Below are positions 9,133-17,659 of a DNA stretch of 64,000 nucleotides, one piece after another. The position numbers and the translations under genes were made by a program. Location of the stretch: contig JACPAF010000001.1 of assembly GCA_016180965.1 (NCBI GenBank), positions 223,513 to 287,512 of the forward strand. Direction: 5' to 3'. The notes beneath the pieces were generated by a model, which was given only the letters and a program-made list of their open reading frames with translations, ran no database searches and was not told the origin of the DNA. Source of the DNA: Candidatus Aenigmatarchaeota archaeon. GTDB taxonomy: Archaea; Aenigmatarchaeota; Aenigmatarchaeia; JACPZZ01. Each line of letters opens with the position of its first letter. Position 1 is the stretch's first letter.

Positions 9133-9824
9133 TTTTTATGAGTATTGAACTTGCAGAGGCGGACGCGAGGCGCGGTCTGGAATATATCAGGAAGGGTAAA
9201 AGCGGAAAATTGAAGGATCCTGAGTACGTTTTACAGAAGGCTGCAGAGGCTTATACGAAAGCTTCTAATGGTTTGGTTGAACCTGCGGCAGATGCGTCGA
9301 AAGATGAGAAAAAAACCTACACCAATGTTCGTTCACTGGTTGATATTTTACAAAGTGAGCTGGCTTCTTATGCAAAAGGGAAAGTTGGCGGGCTGACAAA
9401 AGAGGCTGGCGGATATGTTTCTGGAATAACAAAATTGGTTAAACAAGAGGAACGCGGTAAACGGATTTTAGGGGTTCCATACGCGAAAAGGCCGTCCGTT
9501 GCTTATGTTTCCGGAAAGATCGAGCAGGGTAAAACCTATGTAACCCAAGCTTTGGGAAAGGTTGGGGCAATGAGAAAAATTTTGGAAAATGAGGCGTTGT
9601 TGAAACCGGCCGAGAAAAACATGCTAAATGAAGCAAAGGGTGCGCTTGAGCAGGTCAATACCAAGCTTGGTGAATTGGAAACGCAGAACCAGAACGCGGG
9701 CAAGGCGGTTAAACCAAAAACCAAGAAGAAAGATGATGGCAAGGGCGGATTGCATTTACCACACGTAAAATTACCCAGTTTTAAGCGAAAACCCAAGGGT
9801 TGGCAGTCTCGCGGTGGGTTTTAA
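9126..9824 (+). CDS. paralog family protein 2 (unknown function; ends ...SRGGF)
   Basis: YVSGITKLVKQEERGKRILGVPYAKRPSVA core. Start overlaps the stop of protein 1 (ATGGTAA); alternative ATG at 9138. Confidence 0.6.
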   Translation: MVIFMSIELAEADARRGLEYIRKGKSGKLKDPEYVLQKAAEAYTKASNGLVEPAADASKDEKKTYTNVRSLVDILQSELASYAKGKVGGLTKEAGGYVSGITKLVKQEERGKRILGVPYAKRPSVAYVSGKIEQGKTYVTQALGKVGAMRKILENEALLKPAEKNMLNEAKGALEQVNTKLGELETQNQNAGKAVKPKTKKKDDGKGGLHLPHVKLPSFKRKPKGWQSRGGF

Positions 9825-9869
9825 ATACTTATCTGGTTTTAAAATTAGGATAGGAGAGGTTGATTGAAA

Positions 9870-10550
9870 ATGGCTGTAGATTATAGTAAGATTGTCGATA
9901 GTTTGAATAACGCGCTTGATAGGCTTGGTAGTTTAGGTTATGTTCCGGGCAAGGCGCCAAAAACGAAGATCGCAAGCGATCCTGTTAGGATGCTTCTTAG
10001 TGGCGTTGACGCATACACTTCTGCAAAAACAGATTTGGGCGCGCTTCCAGTGGTTGGAGTAGCAGGTGCGAAAAAAGCTGACGTTGACAGGTACAACGCT
10101 GCAGTTCAGGTTTTGGACACTGTCGGAGCGGGTTTAAGATCCGCATTCAAGGATTATGTACAGGCTGTGGGCCAAGGATTGGAAGGAAATGCAGCTTCGT
10201 TGAAAAGACAGGTTGAAAGCGAGCGCAAAGGTCCTATGAGGATTTTACCGAGATCGTCTTCATACCTTGTTAGCAACGGTTTAGACGATGCTAAGACAGC
10301 TGTCGGTTACGCGAAAGCTGAAGTTGCGGCTGTAAGAACAGCTTTTGAAGGTGCGCCTGACCTGTTGAAACCACAAGACAAAACTTACATTTCAGAGCTT
10401 GAAAAAAGATTGGGTAACATTGCGTCGTCTTTGACAAAAGAGGAAACAAGACACAACGACAAGGTCGACAGGGAAGCTGTGAAAGCGGACAGGAAAGCCT
10501 GGGAAAAGCTTTTGAAAGGAAAGCCAAAGGGCAGCCGCGGCGGTTTCTAA
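9870..10550 (+). CDS. paralog family protein 3 (unknown function; ends ...KGSRGGF)
   Basis: ESERKGPMRILPRSSSY core, ELEKRLGNIASSL, C-terminal KGKPKGSRGGF. TAGGAGAGG Shine-Dalgarno before ATG 9870. Confidence 0.6.
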   Translation: MAVDYSKIVDSLNNALDRLGSLGYVPGKAPKTKIASDPVRMLLSGVDAYTSAKTDLGALPVVGVAGAKKADVDRYNAAVQVLDTVGAGLRSAFKDYVQAVGQGLEGNAASLKRQVESERKGPMRILPRSSSYLVSNGLDDAKTAVGYAKAEVAAVRTAFEGAPDLLKPQDKTYISELEKRLGNIASSLTKEETRHNDKVDREAVKADRKAWEKLLKGKPKGSRGGF

Positions 10551-10581
10551 TTTTTTAATTAACCGGGCGCAATCGCCAACT

Positions 10582-10613
10582 GAAGCATACCGTATATTGT
10601 ATCGGTATGCTTC
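10582..10613 (+). repeat. hairpin GAAGCATACCG-tatattgtat-CGGTATGCTTC followed by TAGCTG and a T-rich tract; terminator-like
   Basis: Perfect 11 bp stem 32 nt after the stop of paralog 3. TTTTATTTTTATT follows at 10634-10646. Confidence 0.55.
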
Positions 10614-10714
10614 TAGCTGTTTGCGCCCAAGTTTTATTTTTATTCCAATTAGTTGTTTTTCTATAATTTTTTAGAAATGAAAATTAATTTAACTCTGAGA
10701 CGCCTTTGTTAATT

Positions 10715-11194
10715 ATGGTAAAAGAAAATTACGAGAGAAAATTACAGGCATTGAATGGTGCGGTTGATTCTGCAAAAAGAAGCGTTGACCAGGGCAGATA
10801 CGCAGCTGCTATAGGTTATGTTGACCAGGCAAGAGGCATGATGAAAGGCGGTAATTACAGGGGTCTTCTGACGGAAAAACACGCGATAGTAAACGGCGAG
10901 TTAAATCTAATAATGAGGCACGCACGCGACCAGGTCCGCGACCGCCTGGAGCAAGGCTATAAAACCGTTGACAATGAGCTGGCTAGAATTTCAAAGGGCG
11001 GTATGCCAACACCCAAGGCCAGAAGAACTTTGGCGGAAATGAGCGGATATGTTGACAGCCTCACAGGAACAGATATGCCCAAATCGATTTCCAAAGAATT
11101 TACGCCTGACAAAACGCGGGTGGACAAATTAAAAAAAGAGCTTGAGGCTTTGGCAACGTCGAAAGGCGGAAAAATAGACTGGGCGAAACCATGA
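10715..11194 (+). CDS. possible divergent member 4 of the paralog family (unknown function)
   Basis: 160 aa, helical and basic, similar architecture but only weak similarity to proteins 1-3. Confidence 0.4.
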   Translation: MVKENYERKLQALNGAVDSAKRSVDQGRYAAAIGYVDQARGMMKGGNYRGLLTEKHAIVNGELNLIMRHARDQVRDRLEQGYKTVDNELARISKGGMPTPKARRTLAEMSGYVDSLTGTDMPKSISKEFTPDKTRVDKLKKELEALATSKGGKIDWAKP

Positions 11195-11225
11195 ATCATA
11201 CATTTGTATGATTCGGCATCTTATT

Positions 11226-11975
11226 TTATTTTTCTATTTTTTCCATCAAAGCCTCCATTTTTTCAACGAACCGTGTCGCCTTTTCAACCATCTCGTCGAT
11301 TTTTTCCGGCGTGACGAGCTTCAGTTCACCGTGTTCCAGTTTTTTCCACGTCTTGATGACGTCTTCGTAATATTTTACGTATTCCGGCGACAATTTCCTT
11401 TTTCGTACGAAATGTATTCGCAACTGGTCAGGGACATTTTTTGGCGTCGGCGGCGACACGCCGATGCTTAACAGCGGAGCTTGCGCCGCGTCCACGACTG
11501 CGGACGACAATGCGTCCATTATTGAGATTGTGTGGATACGTTCTATGCGCAACAAACGCAAAGGCGATTGCTGTATCAAGGATTTCATAGCCTCTTTCGT
11601 TCCGGGCACGCGGCCTTCGAGCAATAATTTTTTCAGCGGTAAAAAGAATCCTGACGGGTCGTATATCGGAATGCCGTCGCGTATTTCCGTGAACGTGACC
11701 GGAGAACCGTGCCGGATGAGTTCCCAATAATCCGATAGTTTGTAAAATATCAAGTCAGTTTCGCCGCGCAGTTTTAGCAGCTTGGAGATTTTTTGCGCTT
11801 CCAGTTTTATTTCGTTGGTTGTGATTGAGTCAACTTGGTTGGTGTCGTCGAGAAGGAATATCAACGTGTCCTCTTTTCCCTCTTCGGAGGACGAAGTCAT
11901 CCAGATAGACTTTATTATGGTGGGATATTTTTTCGTTAATTTATCGATCAGTGATTTTGTTTTTTTCGTGTTCAT
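11226..11975 (-). CDS. nucleotidyltransferase-fold protein, catalytically degenerate paralog of the upstream gene
   Basis: Aligns along its length with 11972-13120 (IYDPSGFF..LLEGR..PLRLLR..HGELK). The hG[GS]...DhD motif is replaced by MTSSSEEGKEDTLIF. Start overlaps the upstream gene's stop (ATGA). Confidence 0.55.
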   Translation of the reverse strand: MNTKKTKSLIDKLTKKYPTIIKSIWMTSSSEEGKEDTLIFLLDDTNQVDSITTNEIKLEAQKISKLLKLRGETDLIFYKLSDYWELIRHGSPVTFTEIRDGIPIYDPSGFFLPLKKLLLEGRVPGTKEAMKSLIQQSPLRLLRIERIHTISIMDALSSAVVDAAQAPLLSIGVSPPTPKNVPDQLRIHFVRKRKLSPEYVKYYEDVIKTWKKLEHGELKLVTPEKIDEMVEKATRFVEKMEALMEKIEK

Positions 11976-13120
11976 TTTTTAGCCTCTTTCAACAACGATT
12001 CCAAATTCTTGGCATACAGGCGCGACGTGTAAACGTCTTTTTCGGTCACTTCGTTTAATTTGTCATTGTCGGATGCGTGCTTCATCAATTTTATTTTTTT
12101 CAGCAGTTCCAAATAGCCTTTCGACACCAGGCCCGTGTTAACCAACTCTTTTTCAACAAAATGCAGGATGTTTTTATCATTTACTCGTATTCCACGTTTT
12201 TTCAGTATGTTCCTGCAGGCTGTGAACGCCACATCATTGGATTCTTCGATCATTTCCTTTTTCTTTTCTTTTTCCAGCATGGAAAAAATCGTGTCCATCA
12301 TGTAGATGAAATCTTTTGCTTTCACAATCCAGGAATCGATTTCTTTCGCTGTTATTTTTGTCAATTCCCCATGGTCGATTTTTCTTGTCACTGCGTAAAA
12401 TTCATCCACCAAGTCGGCGTAAAATCCTGGAAGTATTTTTTTTGCGACGAAATTTTTTCGCAGCGCCGCGCCGACGTTTTTTGCGGACGGCGGCGCAATT
12501 CCATAGAACATCAATACCGCCTGCCCGGCTTCGACCATTGCGAAAAGCAAATCTGCGGTTATGTCTTCCAGGAATATTTTCCTGACGTCTTCCAGGCGCA
12601 GAGGCGCGCGCTGCATCAACATTTGCGACCTTTCAAATGTGCCGCCCATGCGACCTTCTTTTAATAATCTGCTTAACGGCTCTACATAACCTGATGGATC
12701 ATACACGGGCATCGCGTCGCGCATTGATGTGAATACCCACGGCTCGCCTGAGCGCAGCAAATCCCACCAATCTGTTAACCTGCGAACGGGCTGGAAATGT
12801 ATATTGATTTTTGTTTTTTCCTTTACAGCATCGTTTATTTCGGATATTTTTGCGCTCATTGCGGATAATTCAGCAGCGGATATATCCGTCGTGGCATCGT
12901 CGACCAAAGTCATTACGTCGATGTCCGATGTCGGTTTTGCTTCGCCGCGGGCGAATGAACCGTATAACCAGATAACCTTTATCTTATTTCCGTATATTGA
13001 AAGTATTTTAGAACAAGCCTCTTTGATGGCGTCGATAGCGGAATATGCCATAATCAATAATGAATGACGGGATTTTAATACCTGAGCAAGAAACCCGCGG
13101 GCATCGCCTGATTGAAGCAT
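11972..13120 (-). CDS. Pol-beta-superfamily minimal nucleotidyltransferase with conserved helical C-terminal domain
   Basis: VIWLYGSFARGEAKPTSDIDVMTLVDD is a canonical GS...DxD NTase motif. 382 aa. The N-terminal 23 codons overlap the hairpin at 13114-13136, so the true start may be ATG 13051. Confidence 0.6.
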   Translation of the reverse strand: MLQSGDARGFLAQVLKSRHSLLIMAYSAIDAIKEACSKILSIYGNKIKVIWLYGSFARGEAKPTSDIDVMTLVDDATTDISAAELSAMSAKISEINDAVKEKTKINIHFQPVRRLTDWWDLLRSGEPWVFTSMRDAMPVYDPSGYVEPLSRLLKEGRMGGTFERSQMLMQRAPLRLEDVRKIFLEDITADLLFAMVEAGQAVLMFYGIAPPSAKNVGAALRKNFVAKKILPGFYADLVDEFYAVTRKIDHGELTKITAKEIDSWIVKAKDFIYMMDTIFSMLEKEKKKEMIEESNDVAFTACRNILKKRGIRVNDKNILHFVEKELVNTGLVSKGYLELLKKIKLMKHASDNDKLNEVTEKDVYTSRLYAKNLESLLKEAKK

Positions 13121-13136
13121 ATCAAAGGTATGCTTC
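13114..13136 (+). repeat. hairpin GAAGCATA-tcaaagg-TATGCTTC followed by TAACTCC; family member
   Basis: 8 bp perfect stem. Overlaps the annotated 5' end of the minus-strand NTase ORF. Confidence 0.4.
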
Positions 13137-13140
13137 TAAC

Positions 13141-14523
13141 TCCTTACCGCCCGCCAGATGAATTGCACACAGTTACTATTATTCCATGTTAACTATATTT
13201 TTCTATAGGAACCTCACATAAAGGGTGTTTTAAGTGCACATTCGAAAAGTATTGATTCATGAAAGAATCGAAAAATAATATCAGAATGTACCGTTATAGA
13301 ATATACCCTTCTCAAGAACAACGTAAAAGGCTTGATTCTCAACTCGCATCATGTAAAGAATTATACAACCTGCTTCTTCAAAAATGTAAAGAAGATTACA
13401 AGGAAAAAAGCATTTCCGTAAACCGAAAAATGCTCTACAAACTTGCCAAACAATTCACAGACAATGATGAACGTTATTCAGACGTACATTCCCAGGTCCT
13501 CCAAAACGTAGCTGACAGACTAGTAAAATCTTACAAAAACTATTTTAGGCGTATTAAAGAAAAGAAATCCGGCAAGAAGATAAAAGTCGGCTTTCCTAGA
13601 TTCAAAAAATTCTATTCAAGCATAACCTATCCGCAGAGCGGGTTTAATCTAGCCGCGAATCGTCTTTTTGCTTCGAGGATAGGCAATATTCCCATCGTAA
13701 CCGAAAGATTGCCTCAAGGAAAGACAAAAACACTAACAATCAGAAGAAAACCGTCGGGCAAGTGGTTTGTTTTTTTCAGTTCGTTTGTTGATACTCCTGA
13801 GACCGAAAACACAGTTAAATACAACAAAATCGGCATAGACATGGGCATTGAAAACTTCGCAACTTTATCGGACGGCACAACAATAGAAAATCCGAGATTC
13901 CTAAGAAAATCGGAAGACACGCTAGCAAAATACCAGCGCAGAGTGTCCAGAAAAGCGAAAGGTTCTAACAGAATAAAAGCAAAAATAAAAGTTGCGAGAA
14001 TACACGAAAAAATAACCAACCAAAGAACAGATTTCCTTCACAAAACAAGTAAAATGCTGACGGAAAAATACAGCTTCATAGCTGTTGAAAAACTAAATGT
14101 CAGTAACATGGTAAAGAACCATAATCTAGCGAAAAGCATATCCGATGCTTCGTGGAACCAATTCACTCGGATGATTGGCTACAAGGCTTCAAGTGCTGGT
14201 TGCCAACTCGTTTTTGTGAATCCACGAAACACATCGCAAATATGCAGCGGATGCGGAAACACAGTAAAGAAAGAATTAAGCGACAGGTGGCACGAATGCG
14301 ATTTATGCGGTTTGTCGCTGCACAGAGACCACAATTCCGCATTGGAAATATTAGACAAAGCCACCGACGGACTGTCGGGAAGTAACGCCTTTGGAGACAG
14401 TGTAAGACCTTCTGTAAAGAAGGTCGTGGTCGATGAATCAGGAACTACACGTGTTGAGATAGACGCTGGAAACCCAGCACTTTAGTGCGGGGAGGATGTC
14501 ATTAATGTGCAAGCTTTTATCCG
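13141..14523 (+). mobile_element. IS200/IS605-family element carrying tnpB only (IS1341-like); ends not defined
   Basis: Single tnpB gene without tnpA, flanked by about 120 nt upstream and about 40 nt downstream of non-coding DNA. Boundaries were placed at the flanking genes. Confidence 0.4.
13259..14485 (+). CDS. tnpB: TnpB (IS605 OrfB, RuvC-like RNA-guided endonuclease)
   Basis: 408 aa. MYRYRIYPSQEQ N-terminus, RuvC-I GIDMGIENFATL, RuvC-II IAVEKLNVSNM, zinc finger CSGCG...CDLCG, RuvC-III RDHNSALEI. Confidence 0.9.
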   Translation: MKESKNNIRMYRYRIYPSQEQRKRLDSQLASCKELYNLLLQKCKEDYKEKSISVNRKMLYKLAKQFTDNDERYSDVHSQVLQNVADRLVKSYKNYFRRIKEKKSGKKIKVGFPRFKKFYSSITYPQSGFNLAANRLFASRIGNIPIVTERLPQGKTKTLTIRRKPSGKWFVFFSSFVDTPETENTVKYNKIGIDMGIENFATLSDGTTIENPRFLRKSEDTLAKYQRRVSRKAKGSNRIKAKIKVARIHEKITNQRTDFLHKTSKMLTEKYSFIAVEKLNVSNMVKNHNLAKSISDASWNQFTRMIGYKASSAGCQLVFVNPRNTSQICSGCGNTVKKELSDRWHECDLCGLSLHRDHNSALEILDKATDGLSGSNAFGDSVRPSVKKVVVDESGTTRVEIDAGNPAL

Positions 14524-14556
14524 TTGGAAGAGAAAAATATAATCAGTGTTTATGCT

Positions 14557-15168
14557 ATGGTAACTCCCAAAAGCGCTGCAGATAAATACGAACAGATAGA
14601 CCGACTGACGCGCACTGGAGTTTCTGTTCTAGGAAAACAGATGAGTCCGACAGCTGCGATAACATCTGCGGGAGATTCTTACACACAGGCCAATACACTT
14701 TTTGGCGGCCTCACAGCCCCGAAAAGAGGAAAAGACCAGGTTGCAGGATTGAAGGATGCTATTGTAGGTTATGCGCGAACAGCGATGCGTACACGGGTTG
14801 AAGATGTCTACAAAAAAATGGGCGATGCAAGTTATACGATTGACCGAAGAGGTTCCGAGTTACGAGGTTCCGGCATTTTAAGTTTCAAACCCGGCGCCGG
14901 CCCATTCAAAGCCTTAGCAATTGGGCGACCTTCGCCTGAAAAGGCATTGCGTTCAGTCGGCGATGCGCAAACATATGCAACTGAATCCAAAGGTTATGTT
15001 AAAGATGTTTTCAGCGCTTTCAACGCTACAGGTCTGACAGAAACCGGAGACAGGGAATTCAAAAAGGATCTCGAAAAAAGACTGGCCGATGCTGAAAAGA
15101 AGATCGGTGAAAAGAAGGCAGACCTTTGGGGAGCTGAAAGACGGAAATCGATTCGCAGGGGATATTGA
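14557..15168 (+). CDS. paralog family protein 5 (unknown function; ends ...IRRGY)
   Basis: RRGSELRGSGILSFKPG core and DLEKRLADAEKKI match paralog 3 (ESERKGPMRILPRSS, ELEKRLGNIASSL). The TTG at 14524 is in frame with ATG 14557. Confidence 0.55.
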   Translation: MVTPKSAADKYEQIDRLTRTGVSVLGKQMSPTAAITSAGDSYTQANTLFGGLTAPKRGKDQVAGLKDAIVGYARTAMRTRVEDVYKKMGDASYTIDRRGSELRGSGILSFKPGAGPFKALAIGRPSPEKALRSVGDAQTYATESKGYVKDVFSAFNATGLTETGDREFKKDLEKRLADAEKKIGEKKADLWGAERRKSIRRGY

Positions 15169-15189
15169 AGCGATTTCCAGTGTTTAAAT

Positions 15190-16107
15190 ATGCGGGATGA
15201 AATAATTAAAAAGGACGATTCGATGAACACACAAAACAAGAATAATCTGGTTTTCTTGGCGATATTTTCTGTGTTTATGCTGGTTCCCATGCTGGCTGCT
15301 GCCCAATCGAGCACAGGCGCGGTGAGCCAATCACTGATGAAGATGATCGGCGTGCCGGATTCAATTGCAACAGGCCCGCCGCAGACAATAATATTTTACG
15401 TGGTTTTGCCTGCGATTTTGATGTTCATAATAATGTATGGAATATTGGATGAGATCAAGCTTTTCTACAGGGGCGGGATCAATTTCGCGATCGCTGTTTT
15501 AGCAACGCTGATAACGATACCGTCGGGGTTGTTAGGCCAGGTTATCATAGGCATATACGGAGGCGGGCTGGCGACCCTTGCGATCATTACCGGTATTGCG
15601 ATTCTTCCTGCATTCATATCAACTTTCGGTTCCAGGATGGGGCTGCCTAATAATATTCTTGAGTTGCTGACAGCTGTTGTTTACGGTTTCGTAATGTACA
15701 TAGTTTTCGGTTTCCTTGTCGACGGGCCGGCCGGCGGAACGGGCGGAGTGTTAAAGAATTTCTCGTGGGTCAGATGGGTATTCGTAATAGGCGTTCCGAT
15801 ACTCGTTGCGTGGAGAGGCGCAATGAACAGGAATATTGGCCTTAGAATGGGATCGGAACTTGCGGTTGAAAGCGCGGAGATAAAAGCAGCGGAACAGGCG
15901 GTCACAAGATGCCAGAGGGCGTTGCGTGATTTGGCAATGGTGACCAATGCTACGGGTGCCGGACCCTCCACAGGCATAGACCCGGCCACTTACAGCAATG
16001 CCCTGAATAATGTGCAGATCATGTGCAGTTCCAAATATCCGATACCTTATTTGCAAACGCTTACACGCGCCCAAATAAACGCTTTGGCCACCAATCACAA
16101 GAGATAA
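15190..16107 (+). CDS. membrane protein family A member 1 (signal peptide ...LAAAQS, polytopic)
   Basis: 305 aa. N-terminal hydrophobic segment ending MLVPMLAAAQSSTG, then 5-6 TM helices. Confidence 0.5.
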   Translation: MRDEIIKKDDSMNTQNKNNLVFLAIFSVFMLVPMLAAAQSSTGAVSQSLMKMIGVPDSIATGPPQTIIFYVVLPAILMFIIMYGILDEIKLFYRGGINFAIAVLATLITIPSGLLGQVIIGIYGGGLATLAIITGIAILPAFISTFGSRMGLPNNILELLTAVVYGFVMYIVFGFLVDGPAGGTGGVLKNFSWVRWVFVIGVPILVAWRGAMNRNIGLRMGSELAVESAEIKAAEQAVTRCQRALRDLAMVTNATGAGPSTGIDPATYSNALNNVQIMCSSKYPIPYLQTLTRAQINALATNHKR

Positions 16108-16123
16108 TTCTTTTTTTAGTCCA

Positions 16124-16951
16124 TTGCAATATTGTTTTATGGGCAAATTTTTATTCGGGTTTATTCTGGCGCTGCTTGCGATATTTCCGTTTGCAGCTGC
16201 GCAATCCACATTGTCCGACGGAACGATCAAGTTCTGGACGACTTGGTTTTATGTGCCGGCGAAATACCTGGTTTCGTGGCAGTCCATAGTCATTTTTGCC
16301 GTCGTTCCTGTTTTGATTTCAATTTTTTTCGTGCATGAAATATGGAAGGATATAGGATTTTTCCATTCGGGCGCAGTCAATTTCTGGATACCTCTTCTTG
16401 TGGTCTATATGATGCTGCGAAACGGTTTTTGGGATTATGTCGAGTTGTTCGTGTCGAACGTGCAGATGATTCCGGCATTGGCTTTGTCGATGCTAGCCAT
16501 GCAGATTACGGGCAAGCTTAGGTCTAAAATAACTTCGTTTGGCTATTCCGGCCCGTTGGGCGGTGTATTGGCATACGCATTAGATGCGATAGGAATGGGC
16601 ATATTTTTCGGCGGATTGGGTTTTGTTGTCAGCAAGGGGCATTTAGGACCAATTGTTTACACCTTGTTTTTCGTTGGGGCTGGGGTGGGCATTTTACTAA
16701 TCTGGTGGGATTCGCATGGAAAGGCGAAGCAGGCCAAGCTGTCCAACTTGCTGGAACAATATGACGTTATAACCAAACAGATGGAACCGTTGGAGAAAAA
16801 ACTTGTCGAGCTGGAAAAGAAGAAACAAGCTGCAATCGCTGCTAAAAGGAATTTTGAAGCGTTGGACATAACTCAGGAAATGGTTGCAGTTAACAGGCAG
16901 ATAGAAGGTTTGCGTGCTGAGAGAGAGGCAATTTCCGCGGGCGCGGCATAA
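16124..16951 (+). CDS. membrane protein family A member 2 (signal peptide ...FAAAQS, polytopic, C-terminal coiled coil)
   Basis: AIFPFAAAQSTLSDG parallels member 1. C-terminal LEKKLVELEKKKQAAIAAKR coiled coil. Confidence 0.5.
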   Translation: MQYCFMGKFLFGFILALLAIFPFAAAQSTLSDGTIKFWTTWFYVPAKYLVSWQSIVIFAVVPVLISIFFVHEIWKDIGFFHSGAVNFWIPLLVVYMMLRNGFWDYVELFVSNVQMIPALALSMLAMQITGKLRSKITSFGYSGPLGGVLAYALDAIGMGIFFGGLGFVVSKGHLGPIVYTLFFVGAGVGILLIWWDSHGKAKQAKLSNLLEQYDVITKQMEPLEKKLVELEKKKQAAIAAKRNFEALDITQEMVAVNRQIEGLRAEREAISAGAA

Positions 16952-16987
16952 AAGCAAGATTTAAGATTTGGAGGAGTAACTAATACT

Positions 16988-17584
16988 ATGTTTTCGGCTG
17001 CGTTCCAGTCTCCGCCTTCCGGTTCTGTGGCATCGTCAATATTCAAAGTGCTTGATAACTTGCAAGCTCAACAACTGGTCGTGCCGTTCCTTCTAACTTT
17101 CGTGATAGCGTATGGCGTATTGGATACGATACACATATTCAGAAAAAACAGCATTAACGCGATAATTTCATTGGCAATATCATTTTTTGCGATATTCTAC
17201 GGGCCTTACGGGGCGATGGGTAAGTTTTTGACACAACTGTACGGCACTGGCGCAGTCGCTATTGTTGGTTTAGTCATGTTCATGATAATCCTCGGCGTGT
17301 TTAGTTTGGGCGGCAACCATATGCCCGGCGTAGGCATGTTCCAAAGGCTTTTCGGCATGTCCGGCGGGGTTGTGGGCGGTATCGTTATCGTAGTTGTTTT
17401 CATATTTTTGCTTGCTTCGGGCTGGTTCGAAAATGTCGGAATAAGATTGGATCCGGATACGACTGCGTTGATGATTATTATTCTGGTAATTATTGCGTTC
17501 ATTGCGATAGTTGCGCGACCGGACAGAACCAGGACATGGTGGCATCATATGTTCCCGCCCGGCGCGCAAGGCGGACAGTGGTAG
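16988..17584 (+). CDS. membrane protein family B member 1
   Basis: LVVPFLLTFVIAYGVLDTIHIF motif shared with the next three genes. Four TM helices. Confidence 0.5.
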   Translation: MFSAAFQSPPSGSVASSIFKVLDNLQAQQLVVPFLLTFVIAYGVLDTIHIFRKNSINAIISLAISFFAIFYGPYGAMGKFLTQLYGTGAVAIVGLVMFMIILGVFSLGGNHMPGVGMFQRLFGMSGGVVGGIVIVVVFIFLLASGWFENVGIRLDPDTTALMIIILVIIAFIAIVARPDRTRTWWHHMFPPGAQGGQW

Positions 17585-17659
17585 GAATTGCAAAACTTGC
17601 AAAGTTTGATCAAAAGTGAGTTTGTCAAGGAATAAAAGCTCGAAAGAAGAATTGATATA

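Noticed and set aside
12077-13067. Several plus-strand track ORFs (12077-12664, 12316-12585, 12729-13067)
   Set aside because: They are antisense to the well-supported nucleotidyltransferase gene. The R/F-rich low-complexity translations are typical of shadow ORFs.
11972-13120. The nucleotidyltransferase considered as the archaeal CCA-adding enzyme
   Set aside because: The GS...DID motif resembles class I CCA enzymes, but the protein is too short and the body and tail domains do not match CCA-enzyme architecture. The gene is also paired with a degenerate paralog.
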